A stretch of 31,175 nt of DNA from a virus (Duplodnaviria > Caudoviricetes): IMG/VR virus record IMGVR_UViG_3300032244_000256, positions 1-31,175 of that record. The stretch is one strand, 5' to 3'. Under the pieces are notes generated by a model. That model was not told the DNA's origin. It saw only the letters and a list, made by a program, of their open reading frames with translations, and did no database searches. Each line of letters begins with the position of its first letter. The stretch's first letter is position 1. Of the stretch, positions 16,345 through 25,296 are shown piece by piece. The position numbers were made by a program, and so were the translations under genes.

Positions 16345-16370
16345 TACTTCTTGCCTGTATAAGTATTAGC

Positions 16371-16550
16371 TGTGGATAAACCATGTAATATTGTATTGTT
16401 TGTTGACTTGTCAATAAAATATCTTACACTACTATTAACACTATACCGTGTGCGTTGAGCAAACAAACAAGAACCACAAAGCTTAAGAGCAAGGCTGCCA
16501 AACATAAAAGGCAAGCCGCAAGCTCTCTTTATAGCAAACAAACTTACCGT
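16371..16550. other. Non-coding region with DnaA box, direct repeats and hairpin (candidate origin)
   Basis: TGTGGATAA 16371-16379; AGCAAACAAAC at 16458 and 16533; bulged hairpin 16486-16526. Confidence 0.4.
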
Positions 16551-16594
16551 TGCACTTATAAAAGTCTGTAATCCATTATGGTATACTTCCCATT

Positions 16595-17119
16595 ATGAAA
16601 CCTAAACAGACTACTAAGACTACTAAACCATTAAAGAAATACGTCCGTATGAAGGACAGACGCCAAGGCCTAGATGTAACAGAGCGGCCAGTAAAAGAAG
16701 TGACTAACGGTAACCAGTGGACACTTACACCACGCCAGATACGTTTTGTAGAACTGTGGCTCACTCCCAAGTCTCCAACCTTCGGCAACGCCTACCAGTC
16801 AGCTAAGGAAGCAGGCTACTCAGACGGCATGGCCGTTAAGATTACAAGCAAACAACTTTCCCTAGAGTGGGTAGCAGAAGCCAAGAAGCGTTTGATTAAC
16901 CTAGAGCCAAACCACACAGTCAAAGCCCTCGAACACATGGCATTACACGCTAAACAGGACCGCGACCGCATTAAAGCGCTGGAGCTGGTAGGTAAGATAC
17001 AAGGTCTGTTCATAGACAGAAGCATCTCCCATGTGGACGTACAATTCACCAATGAAGTTCCAAGACCAATAATAGACCTCACTAATACACAGAACACGTC
17101 TGAAACAAGCCCAGAATAG
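16595..17119 (+). CDS. terS: Terminase small subunit
   Basis: LTPRQIRFV...GNAYQSAKEAGYS HTH motif and RIKALELVGK; upstream of TerL; TGgTATACT 7 nt before the ATG. Confidence 0.85.
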   Translation: MKPKQTTKTTKPLKKYVRMKDRRQGLDVTERPVKEVTNGNQWTLTPRQIRFVELWLTPKSPTFGNAYQSAKEAGYSDGMAVKITSKQLSLEWVAEAKKRLINLEPNHTVKALEHMALHAKQDRDRIKALELVGKIQGLFIDRSISHVDVQFTNEVPRPIIDLTNTQNTSETSPE

Positions 17120-17584
17120 CTCACAAAGCAACAGTTACACATAGGGTAGGGATGGGTTATAGATGCTACCATCACCTGGCCGTGGGGACGTTTAGTGCAG
17201 AAACTCTTCCCGTTGGTAGCTATTAATAGATATACAAGTATATAGGAAGTATATAGAGTAACTATTCATTGTAGCCAACGAGCATGTGTCTGAATGGCTG
17301 TATGTTATACATTCACGATAAACAGAATCCCCTGACACACGTACACACACGGTTGGTGCTAAGACGTCGCACAATGCTTATTGTACGACATGGTTAACAG
17401 GGGTGAGAGTCCTTAGGAGCATTCCTTGTATGTATATACACTACATGTAGCGTAGGGTATGGGGGTATGCCTTTACCTATATACAGAAAACGGAACCGTG
17501 GGGACCCCTAAATCAGGGGTAGGGGTGTCTGTGCGTAGAGAGTTTAACGTGTATATCAGCGCGTGACACATATAGAAAAAAGAG

Positions 17585-17633
17585 AGGTGTGTATGGATTT
17601 TATAGTTTCCCCTTTGACAAAGGTGTGTATACT
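17585..17633 (+). promoter_or_regulatory. Extended -10 promoter with palindrome and direct repeats
   Basis: TATACT 17628-17633 preceded by TGTG; CCTTTG-A-CAAAGG 17611-17623; AGGTGTGTAT at 17585 and 17621. Confidence 0.55.
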
Positions 17634-17685
17634 GATACGTATAAGGAAACACGATGAGAGTAAGAATCGATTGGAGCGTAGCGGA

Positions 17686-17841
17686 ATGAGAGTAAACATA
17701 TATATACGACAAGAAGACGAAGAACTGTGGGCGGCGCTGGAGAACAAGAGCGAATGGATCCACGAACAACTTAATAAGGATGACTCTATACAGGTAGACG
17801 AAGTCGATACTTGGCATATAGGAAATAGTGAAGAAGTTTAG
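17686..17841 (+). CDS. Ribbon-helix-helix-like DNA-binding protein; start re-assigned to 17686
   Basis: 51 aa MRVNIYIRQEDEELWAALENKSEWIHEQL...: alternating beta strand, helix, then NKS-capped second helix; GGAG RBS. Confidence 0.6.
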   Translation: MRVNIYIRQEDEELWAALENKSEWIHEQLNKDDSIQVDEVDTWHIGNSEEV

Positions 17842-17853
17842 TAGAATCAAGGT

Positions 17854-18699
17854 ATGAACTTAGCACAGGCATTACTTAATATAGGCAAAGACGTAGCACG
17901 ACCATTCACACAGTTGGGCACCGCCGTTGCGTATACGCCTCAGGCCGTGTATAGACTTGCACAGAATAAACCGATATATGATATTCAGCAGAAAGTATTT
18001 GGAACAACCAACCAAGGACAGATAGCGAAGAACATTATCGGCAATACCGCACAACTAGGTTTAACTGCCTTAGCTGGACCAGCCGCTAAAGCGGGACTAG
18101 CTGCTCCGACGTTAGGTAGGCAGATTGGATTAAGCGCTGCACAAGGTGGATTACTTGGTGGCGCTATGAATCTTGCTAATATGACCGCACAAAACCAAAA
18201 GATAACTCCACAAGGCGTTTTACAGGGCGCGGCATTAGGTGCTGGATTAGGCGCTGCTACACCGCTAAGTAGAGCAATGTACTTACAAGCTAGGGCAAAC
18301 CCACTAAATGAAGCTGGCTTTGTTAAATTACCAGGTGGAAGAAGCCAACCAATTGTTTCCGACCCACGCACCAGCCCTAACCTAGCGAGCCTCGTAGAAT
18401 CTGGTTCTATTAGTGGCGATGTTAACATGATTAGTCCTAAAGGTATTCAATACGGCGGAGGCGTAAAGGGAACTGCACTTGATCCTGCGCGTGTTGCATA
18501 CTATAAGAATATTATTAAAAACGAAACACAGAGTATTGATCCACTCGTTGTTTCATTAAGAAAAAACACTGGGCAAGTATTTCTGGAGGATGGTAAACAC
18601 CGTCTTGCAGCGATGAGAGCACTCGGCATAACGGATGTACCCGTTGTATTAGAGCGACCTCTCCGTGGAGCTGCACTACAAGCCCGACTAGGAAGGTAA
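17854..18699 (+). CDS. Ala/Gly-rich protein fused to a C-terminal ParB/Sulfiredoxin-like domain
   Basis: C-terminal PLVV...LEDGKHRLAAMRALGITDVPV; the N-terminus resembles ejection proteins in composition. Confidence 0.75.
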   Translation: MNLAQALLNIGKDVARPFTQLGTAVAYTPQAVYRLAQNKPIYDIQQKVFGTTNQGQIAKNIIGNTAQLGLTALAGPAAKAGLAAPTLGRQIGLSAAQGGLLGGAMNLANMTAQNQKITPQGVLQGAALGAGLGAATPLSRAMYLQARANPLNEAGFVKLPGGRSQPIVSDPRTSPNLASLVESGSISGDVNMISPKGIQYGGGVKGTALDPARVAYYKNIIKNETQSIDPLVVSLRKNTGQVFLEDGKHRLAAMRALGITDVPVVLERPLRGAALQARLGR

Positions 18700-18700
18700 T

Positions 18701-20038
18701 ATGGCTCATCAAGTACGCGTACCCGACTACGTACCGTCTAAACGTCAAACTAAGTTCCACACAAGCACGGCTTTTGAAACACTCTATGGTGGTGCCGCAG
18801 GTGGCGGTAAGACTACTGCTATTGTGGCAGAAGCAATAACTTACGCATTGCAGTGGCCCAAGTCACGTGTTTATATGTTTCGTCGGACAATACCTGAGTT
18901 AAAGCAATCTATCGTTCCTGAAATCTATAAACAGGCTTCTCAATACATTGATTCTGGTGGAATGAAATACAATTCACAAGACAGGACCTTCGTTTTAAGG
19001 AATGGTTCTATTATTCAGTTAGCATACCTAGAAAACCCTGGCGATATGTTCCGCTATCAGTCTGCTGAGATTCACTGTTTACTTATGGACGAGTTAACTC
19101 ACTTCACTCAAGACGAATATGAATACTTAAAGACTCGTGTGCGTTCTACAGGCGAGCATCCACTTAAAGTCATGGCCGCTACTAACCCAGGTAACATAGG
19201 CCACGGCTGGGTAAAGAGTTACTTTATTGACATTATCACTTCAGAAACAATTTATACTGACAAAGCAGGCAATACCAGACAATTCATTCCAGCCCGAGTA
19301 GATGATCACCCTATTGAAGCGTTTAGAAAGTCCTACTCAAAACAACTTGAAAGCATCTCAGACCCTGATCTTAAGCGAGCACTTTTGAAAGGGGACTGGG
19401 ATATCTTTAGCGGACAAGTATTTACCGAGTGGGACCGCGAACAACACGTTGTTGATCCATTCCCTATACCTAAACACTGGACTAAATGGCTAGCATACGA
19501 CTGGGGATATAACACATACGCAGCTTGCCTATGGCTTGCACGAGACCCAGCCAATGAAAGAATCTACGTATATAGAGAATTCTATCCACACGCTATGGCA
19601 GCAAGCCAACAAGCTGAGACAATCAATAACATGTCAGGCGAAGAACTCATTGTTACAAAATGGGCAGATCCATCTTTATGGAAACAACACGGTTCTGTAG
19701 AAACTGGCGAAAGCGTTGCTATGATCTTCCAAAAAGCAGGACTTATCTTCCAGCCAGCTAATAATGACCGCATGAACGGTATGAACGCAGTCCATGAAGC
19801 ACTCGCTATAGCCCCTGACGGCAAGCCAACCTTACAAGTATTCTCTAGCTGCATTAACTTACTCCGCACACTACCCGCTTTACCATACGATCAGAACAAA
19901 ACAGAAGATGTTGATACCCGCGCAGAAGATCACTTATACGACTGTCTACGTTATGCGCTCGTTAATCAAAGACCAGCACAGATGCCTGAGATAAAAGTTA
20001 ACGAGGACGTCTATAATAGACGCTTGAAATATATGTAA
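18701..20038 (+). CDS. terL: Terminase large subunit
   Basis: Walker A GGAAGGGKT, Walker B LLMDE, ATNPG, nuclease motifs AYDWGY and DHLYDCLRY. Confidence 0.95.
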   Translation: MAHQVRVPDYVPSKRQTKFHTSTAFETLYGGAAGGGKTTAIVAEAITYALQWPKSRVYMFRRTIPELKQSIVPEIYKQASQYIDSGGMKYNSQDRTFVLRNGSIIQLAYLENPGDMFRYQSAEIHCLLMDELTHFTQDEYEYLKTRVRSTGEHPLKVMAATNPGNIGHGWVKSYFIDIITSETIYTDKAGNTRQFIPARVDDHPIEAFRKSYSKQLESISDPDLKRALLKGDWDIFSGQVFTEWDREQHVVDPFPIPKHWTKWLAYDWGYNTYAACLWLARDPANERIYVYREFYPHAMAASQQAETINNMSGEELIVTKWADPSLWKQHGSVETGESVAMIFQKAGLIFQPANNDRMNGMNAVHEALAIAPDGKPTLQVFSSCINLLRTLPALPYDQNKTEDVDTRAEDHLYDCLRYALVNQRPAQMPEIKVNEDVYNRRLKYM

Positions 20039-20050
20039 ATTTATAAATAG

Positions 20051-20075
20051 TGCTATACTAGCATTATCTGGGTGC
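20051..20075 (+). promoter_or_regulatory. Putative late promoter, TGcTATACT-N8-CTGGGTGC
   Basis: TATACT 20054-20059 and CTGGGTGC 20068-20075. Confidence 0.65.
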
Positions 20076-20087
20076 AACTTATAATTG

Positions 20088-21947
20088 ATGAAGAAAACAA
20101 CTACTCCTACAAAAAGCGCTGACGATCTCGTAAACAAGGTAGTATCTGCCTTTAACTCTTCTTGGAGCTATCGCTCTGGTTCATGGCACGATAAGTGGCA
20201 GAACATGAACAAACTTTATAACTCTCAACGTGTTTACGTTGGTTATAACGGTATATCTGATACATTCGTACCAATGTCATATTCACTTGTTGAGACTATG
20301 GTATCTGCAACCAGCGGCGACAAGCCATCTGTAGAATTTATGGCAACTAAGCCAGAACAAGATGTTAATACGGACGTTCTTAACGCCCTTTTTGCTTATT
20401 ACTGGGACATCGATCAGTGGACACCTAAGCTTATCCAACACAACCGCGCAATGTTTAAACTCGGTACTAGCGTACTTAAAGTTTATTGGAACATTGACCA
20501 CCCTTGCTTAGAGATAATTCCACTACGAGACTTCTTCTGCGATCCAGCTGCTACTTTCTTTAACCGTAACAACGCCAGCTACATGGGTCACCGCTTCCTA
20601 GCAAATAAAAAAGAACTCATGAAAGAAAAGGTCATTGACCCTAAGACTGGTGAGTTTGTTCCTAAATACAAGAACCTAGAAAAACTAGGCACATTTGACT
20701 CTGGTGAAGAAACTGACAAGCAAGATAAAGACAGCGAAATGGGTAACAACGCTGAATTACCACAAGATGAAAACCAGATAGAAGTTATTTGCTACGAGAC
20801 ACTTGATAACGTTATCTACGTTGGTAACCGAGAACAAGTTATCTACGAGAACACTAACTACTTCAAGCAACGACAGCAGTTCCTCGGCTATCAGAACCCA
20901 ACTGGTATGTTCTCATACATGATTGACTCATTCTCACCTGATGAATCACAACTTTACGGTAAATCAGTTATTGAACCAATCGCTAAGCACCAAGAATTAC
21001 TTAACGACCTTACTAACCAGAACATTGACGCTGTATCATGGGCAATCGATCCTGAGATGGAACTTGACCCACAGTATTCTAGCTATCTTGATAAGATGCG
21101 CTCTGCTACTGGTAACGTATATCCATTCAAACCAGGCTCTTACCAGGCAGTACAAAAGCCTATCATTCCTTCTAACGTATTCAACGAACGAACTAACATT
21201 AAGAACGAAATTCGTGAAGCAACCGCTATTGACGAGATTATTAAGGGTATTGCGATGGGCGGAGAAACTACCGCTACTGAAGTTAAAGCACAGCAATCTT
21301 CTGCAGGTCGTCGTTTCGGTTTAATCGTATCAATGCTAGAGAACGGTGGTTACTACCAACTAGCTAAACTAGTCTTCCAGCTTGTACAACTTTATGTCAC
21401 TGCACCTGTTATGTTCCGTGTTATCGGTGATAAAGGAATTAACTGGAAAGAGTTTAACCCTGAACAATTTAAGGGCGACTACGAGCCACGCATTAAGCTT
21501 AGATCAACACTTGAATACGAGAAGCGATACAAGATGCGCGATCTTAAAGAACTCTACACAGCTATGCTTGGTAACCCTTACGTAGATCAGGCGACTCTTA
21601 CTCGCTACATTATCCAGAAAGGCTTTGACCTTGACGCTAAAGAAGTAGAAGATCTTGTTAAGACTGAAGAAGAACTCATGCAAGACGCACAAAGCCAGGG
21701 ACAAGGCAAACCTTCAGCTAACGAACCAAAAGTCCTTATTAACTACAAAGACGCACCACCAGACATCCAGGCACAAATGGAGCAAGAATCAGGATACCAG
21801 CCATCAGTAATACATGAAGGCGCTATGGAAACCAAAGCCGCTCAACAGATGTCAGATCAAGCCCTTAGCGGCGAACAAATCGCACCAGTACCTACAACTC
21901 CCCCTCAGCCAATGCAAGGTATGACGGGAGGACAGGGTGGACAGTAA
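20088..21947 (+). CDS. Portal protein (P22-like)
   Basis: ~619 aa directly after TerL; FFCDP, YGKSVIEPI...QE.LNDL.NQ..D and TATEV motifs; Q-rich tail. Confidence 0.9.
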   Translation: MKKTTTPTKSADDLVNKVVSAFNSSWSYRSGSWHDKWQNMNKLYNSQRVYVGYNGISDTFVPMSYSLVETMVSATSGDKPSVEFMATKPEQDVNTDVLNALFAYYWDIDQWTPKLIQHNRAMFKLGTSVLKVYWNIDHPCLEIIPLRDFFCDPAATFFNRNNASYMGHRFLANKKELMKEKVIDPKTGEFVPKYKNLEKLGTFDSGEETDKQDKDSEMGNNAELPQDENQIEVICYETLDNVIYVGNREQVIYENTNYFKQRQQFLGYQNPTGMFSYMIDSFSPDESQLYGKSVIEPIAKHQELLNDLTNQNIDAVSWAIDPEMELDPQYSSYLDKMRSATGNVYPFKPGSYQAVQKPIIPSNVFNERTNIKNEIREATAIDEIIKGIAMGGETTATEVKAQQSSAGRRFGLIVSMLENGGYYQLAKLVFQLVQLYVTAPVMFRVIGDKGINWKEFNPEQFKGDYEPRIKLRSTLEYEKRYKMRDLKELYTAMLGNPYVDQATLTRYIIQKGFDLDAKEVEDLVKTEEELMQDAQSQGQGKPSANEPKVLINYKDAPPDIQAQMEQESGYQPSVIHEGAMETKAAQQMSDQALSGEQIAPVPTTPPQPMQGMTGGQGGQ

Positions 21948-22170
21948 TTGGTCAAGTGAATTTAAGAGTTTATTTTCCTCACCGTTAGGTAAGAAACTGT
22001 TAGAAGAATTGACTATTGTCAAACAACGTCTGCAAGATGACGCAGCATCCGCTGAAACGGCTGAAACCGCTTTTGGCTTGCTTCGTGAATCAGGAGGTGT
22101 TATAAAGGCAATAGATCATTTACAATTTCTGGCAGTCGTACCTAAGGATGAGGGGGATAAAGACAATTAA
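21937..22170 (+). CDS. Small head-region protein (Bbp19-like)
   Basis: 77 aa with FKSLFSSPLGKKLLEEL; lies between portal and scaffold. Confidence 0.65.
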   Translation: MDSNWSSEFKSLFSSPLGKKLLEELTIVKQRLQDDAASAETAETAFGLLRESGGVIKAIDHLQFLAVVPKDEGDKDN

Positions 22171-22234
22171 AACTAAAAGTCGCCCAGTTTATCCCCCTAA
22201 TCTCTGGGCAAGACATTAACAATTAGGAGTAAAG

Positions 22235-23017
22235 ATGGATACCACAACCCCTACGGAGGGCGCAGACGTTTCTGCACAACCCACACAACCAACAGAGGCG
22301 GTAAAGATAGAAGGAAACGAGCAAGTTATATCGCAAGATGCTAACGGCACTCCGACCCTAGAACCTATCACATCTCAAGACGACCAGCCAAGTGTAGAAC
22401 AGGCCGTTGAAGATGCACCCGCACCTGAAACACAAGCCGACGGTGACGATATCAAAGAATGGGCAGAGAAGAAAGGACTTCCTTTAGAAGATCCTGTGAA
22501 GCTGGCTAAAATGTATCGTGACGCTGAAAAGAAAATGCACGAAGCAACTTTAAAGGCTCGTGAGTTCAATACTGCTGTAATGGATCAGCCACTCATTGAT
22601 TACACTGGTAACGAAGCTGTTGATCAGCTCGCTGCACAAGTAAATCAATTGACTATTCAAAATAAAGTGAATAGTTTTTGGGAAGCTAATCCTGAAGCTA
22701 AAGAATTTGAAGGTAAGATGGCAGAACTTGTAGTTCAGCGACCTCACCTACAAAACGACCTTGATGCTTTATATGCACTAGCTAGGAATGATCCTAGTCG
22801 AGAGGCAGATTTAAAGCGAGAAGGTGGTCGAGAAGCACTTACTAATCTTGCGCAGAAACAACAAGCCGTTCCTCCCTCAGCGGCCGCTACGAATACTGCT
22901 TCATTCGAGAGCAATTCAATTACCTCACAAAACGTATACGAATTGATCGATCGACATGATCAAGAATGGTTCCAAAAGAATTATTCAGCAATAAACAAGG
23001 CAATCTCAGGGAAATAA
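22235..23017 (+). CDS. Capsid scaffolding protein
   Basis: 260 aa, acidic low-complexity N-terminus, LAKMYRDAEKK coiled coil; immediately upstream of the capsid gene. Confidence 0.8.
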   Translation: MDTTTPTEGADVSAQPTQPTEAVKIEGNEQVISQDANGTPTLEPITSQDDQPSVEQAVEDAPAPETQADGDDIKEWAEKKGLPLEDPVKLAKMYRDAEKKMHEATLKAREFNTAVMDQPLIDYTGNEAVDQLAAQVNQLTIQNKVNSFWEANPEAKEFEGKMAELVVQRPHLQNDLDALYALARNDPSREADLKREGGREALTNLAQKQQAVPPSAAATNTASFESNSITSQNVYELIDRHDQEWFQKNYSAINKAISGK

Positions 23018-23043
23018 TACATTAACATATCAGGAGAAATATC

Positions 23044-23925
23044 ATGCCAACAGGCGCATATAATTCTGGTAACGTAAACATTGGTGCAACAGCTGCTAAC
23101 GTTTTCCGCCCAAATATCTGGTCTAAAGAAGTTCTAATGTTCGTTAAGAGCAACCTAGTTCTTTTACCACTTATTAAGCACTACGACGCAGATGTACAGT
23201 CAAGCGGACAGACTTTAGAAATTCCTAACGTTTCTTCAATCAGCGCTAACCTAAAAGCACAAAACACTGTCGTTACTTTGAACTACAACACAGAAACAAA
23301 AACAACTATAACATTGAACAAGCACTACGAAAGCTCATTCATTGTTGAAGATCTAGTAAAAATCCAAGCAATGTCAGATCTACGAAGCGATTACACACAA
23401 GCTGCTGCTTACGCAATCGCAGAAAAGATTGATAGCGATCTAGCTACAAACATGACAAGCACATGGAAAACTGCAAGCCAGGCTTACGGTGCTTACGGAA
23501 CAGCTCTTAATGACAACCTCATTTTGGCTGTTAACCGATACCTCAGCGAGAACAAAGCTCCTCGTTCTGACCGTGCTATCGTTGTACATCCTAAGGGTGA
23601 AGCAGAAATGCTTGCAATCGATAAGTATGTTCGTTACGACGCTCTTGGCGTTGGTGGAGACAACAACTCTATCGCTAACGGTAAAATCGGACGCATCTAC
23701 GGTGCTGACGTCTACATGAGCCAAAACTTGGTTTACCTAGATACAGCAACTGACGAATACAACCACCTCTTCTTCCACAAGGAAGCATGGGCGATTGCTA
23801 TGCAGATGCAACCTCGTACACAAGCTCAGTACAAGCAAGAACACCTTGGCTGGCTCGTTACTGTGGACGTACTTTACGGACACAACTCACTACGAAGCAA
23901 CTTCGGTTTCGTCGTTAAGTCCTAA
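23044..23925 (+). CDS. Major capsid protein (HK97 fold, P22-coat-like)
   Basis: 293 aa; PNIWSKE, GQTLEIP, YAIAEKID, GKIGRIYGADVYMS, DVLYG; AGGAG RBS; strong terminator follows. Confidence 0.9.
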   Translation: MPTGAYNSGNVNIGATAANVFRPNIWSKEVLMFVKSNLVLLPLIKHYDADVQSSGQTLEIPNVSSISANLKAQNTVVTLNYNTETKTTITLNKHYESSFIVEDLVKIQAMSDLRSDYTQAAAYAIAEKIDSDLATNMTSTWKTASQAYGAYGTALNDNLILAVNRYLSENKAPRSDRAIVVHPKGEAEMLAIDKYVRYDALGVGGDNNSIANGKIGRIYGADVYMSQNLVYLDTATDEYNHLFFHKEAWAIAMQMQPRTQAQYKQEHLGWLVTVDVLYGHNSLRSNFGFVVKS

Positions 23926-23946
23926 TACTAGGACCGAGTACATTAG

Positions 23947-23969
23947 GAGACCCTACGGGGTCTTTTTTT
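23947..23969 (+). terminator. Intrinsic terminator after the capsid gene
   Basis: AGACCC-TACG-GGGTCT followed by a T run. Confidence 0.9.
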
Positions 23970-24004
23970 GTATCTGTTAGACGCAAATAATCGTAAAAAT
24001 ATCG

Positions 24005-24033
24005 TTGCCTTTTTTAATACGTTGAGCTATTCT
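24005..24033 (+). promoter_or_regulatory. Sigma70-type promoter of the glycosylation cassette
   Basis: TTGCCT (24005-24010)-N17-TATTCT (24028-24033), just after the capsid terminator. Confidence 0.6.
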
Positions 24034-24058
24034 GTTAGTGTTAATAAAAGGGGTAGAA

Positions 24059-24406
24059 ATGATAGATCCACTAAAACTAGACAAAGCAAACGTAAAAGAA
24101 TACAAAATTCCTAAGGAAGTAGAGCTTCATCCTCGACAAAAGCTAGCATTCCTGGAAGATCAACTAAACCAAATTAAATCACTTCACTGGCGATCACGCG
24201 TAGACATGCTTCACGCTGCACGTCTTCAAGAAGATAGCAACCCTACTCTAAAAGATAAGGGTTACTCTAACATGGCTCAGCACCGCAACGAAGTTCAACA
24301 AACTATCGGCGGTATATTGATGCTTACTAAACTAATTGAAGATCTAAAAAATGAAAACCCAGCAGTCGGCGAAGCAACAGCAGCAGACCACCCAGACGGC
24401 TACTAA
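24059..24406 (+). CDS. Hypothetical helical protein, first gene of the glycosylation cassette
   Basis: 115 aa from ATG 24059 (AAGGGG RBS); coiled-coil-like pattern. Confidence 0.7.
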   Translation: MIDPLKLDKANVKEYKIPKEVELHPRQKLAFLEDQLNQIKSLHWRSRVDMLHAARLQEDSNPTLKDKGYSNMAQHRNEVQQTIGGILMLTKLIEDLKNENPAVGEATAADHPDGY

Positions 24407-25199
24407 ACTAGCTGTCGTATTACCTTCAAGAGGCTTAATGTTCTCTGAGACATTTGAAGAGCTTCTAGGCGAACTTGATGGTATGGACTATGAAATATTC
24501 TGGGCACACGGAAAAAGCCTCCCAGACTGCTTTAATGAGCCCACAGAGCGTGCTTTAAAGGACCCAACAGTCTACGCAGTACTTTTCTGTGAAGATGACA
24601 TGATTTTGCCTAAGGGCATATTGAGAAAGATGTTTGACGCACAATATCCAGTTGTTGCGTTAGACTATCCATTCCAGCAAGATGGCGACTCTACATGCTT
24701 ACACGATCCTGACGGGTTTGCGTTCTGGACTGGGACTGGCTTTATCCTTGTAGCCCGTCCCATTCTCGAACAGCTAGAAAAACCAATCTGGCGTACAAAC
24801 AGAACGTTTGATCCTTTTATTGATAAAGATACTATTCACTTCTGGCCACGCGACTTAAGGAAGGTATACTACGGTTTACATGATCTTAACTTTGGTTTAG
24901 TGCTTTACTCAGCTGGAGTTCCTGTATATCCATTACCTGAGACTGCAGGTCAACGTAAACTTGTAAAACTTGGTGATAAGCACAGTAACAACGGCGCACA
25001 CGACATAAAAGAAATAACTGTTGTCGGAAGAGACCTAGTATCTGGAATGATAGACGTTGAGAATGCACAATTATTTAGGGGCGCGCTTAACAGAGTCAAG
25101 AAAGTTAAATTCTGGGAAGAAACTCCACCATTTATCTCATATGATGAATTTGATCAACCGTATCTAAATGACGGAAGGAAATACGATGTCGTCAGATAG
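24351..25199 (+). CDS. Glycosyltransferase, GT-A/GT2-like
   Basis: AVVLPSRG N-terminal strand, acidic EDDM motif, GTGF, YGLHD. Confidence 0.75.
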   Translation: MKTQQSAKQQQQTTQTATKLAVVLPSRGLMFSETFEELLGELDGMDYEIFWAHGKSLPDCFNEPTERALKDPTVYAVLFCEDDMILPKGILRKMFDAQYPVVALDYPFQQDGDSTCLHDPDGFAFWTGTGFILVARPILEQLEKPIWRTNRTFDPFIDKDTIHFWPRDLRKVYYGLHDLNFGLVLYSAGVPVYPLPETAGQRKLVKLGDKHSNNGAHDIKEITVVGRDLVSGMIDVENAQLFRGALNRVKKVKFWEETPPFISYDEFDQPYLNDGRKYDVVR

Positions 25200-25296
25200 T
25201 AAACTAAACAAAGATAGAAAAGACGTAAAGCCAGCTACTAAGACTGTAGTTATGGGCGGTACAATCGTGACCATTAACTACTGGGTAAAGAAATGA
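25186..25296 (+). CDS. 36-aa micro-ORF, absent from the ORF track
   Basis: MSSDSKLNKDRKDVKPATKTVVMGGTIVTINYWVKK; GGAAGGA RBS; ATGA overlap with the next gene. Confidence 0.55.
   Translation: MSSDSKLNKDRKDVKPATKTVVMGGTIVTINYWVKK

Noticed and set aside
17614-17633. TTGACA...TATACT as a canonical -35/-10 pair
   Set aside because: The spacer is only 8 nt; the TTGACA is better explained as the centre of the CCTTTGACAAAGG dyad.
459-23724. Many antisense or alternate-frame ORFs in the track (e.g. 1077..1598, 15086..15466, 16224..16541, 17473..17850, 17985..18428, 20923..21324)
   Set aside because: They are shadows of well-supported genes or of regulatory DNA, lack RBSs and have no recognisable motifs.
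23917-23980. +1 frameshift at the capsid TCC-TAA giving an extended capsid protein
   Set aside because: The +1 frame adds only about 19 residues and runs through the intrinsic terminator; there is no downstream domain to fuse.
24343-24353. A-AAA-AAT slippery site fusing the 115-aa ORF to the first glycosyltransferase
   Set aside because: The glycosyltransferase is in the +1 frame, not the -1 frame this heptamer would give.
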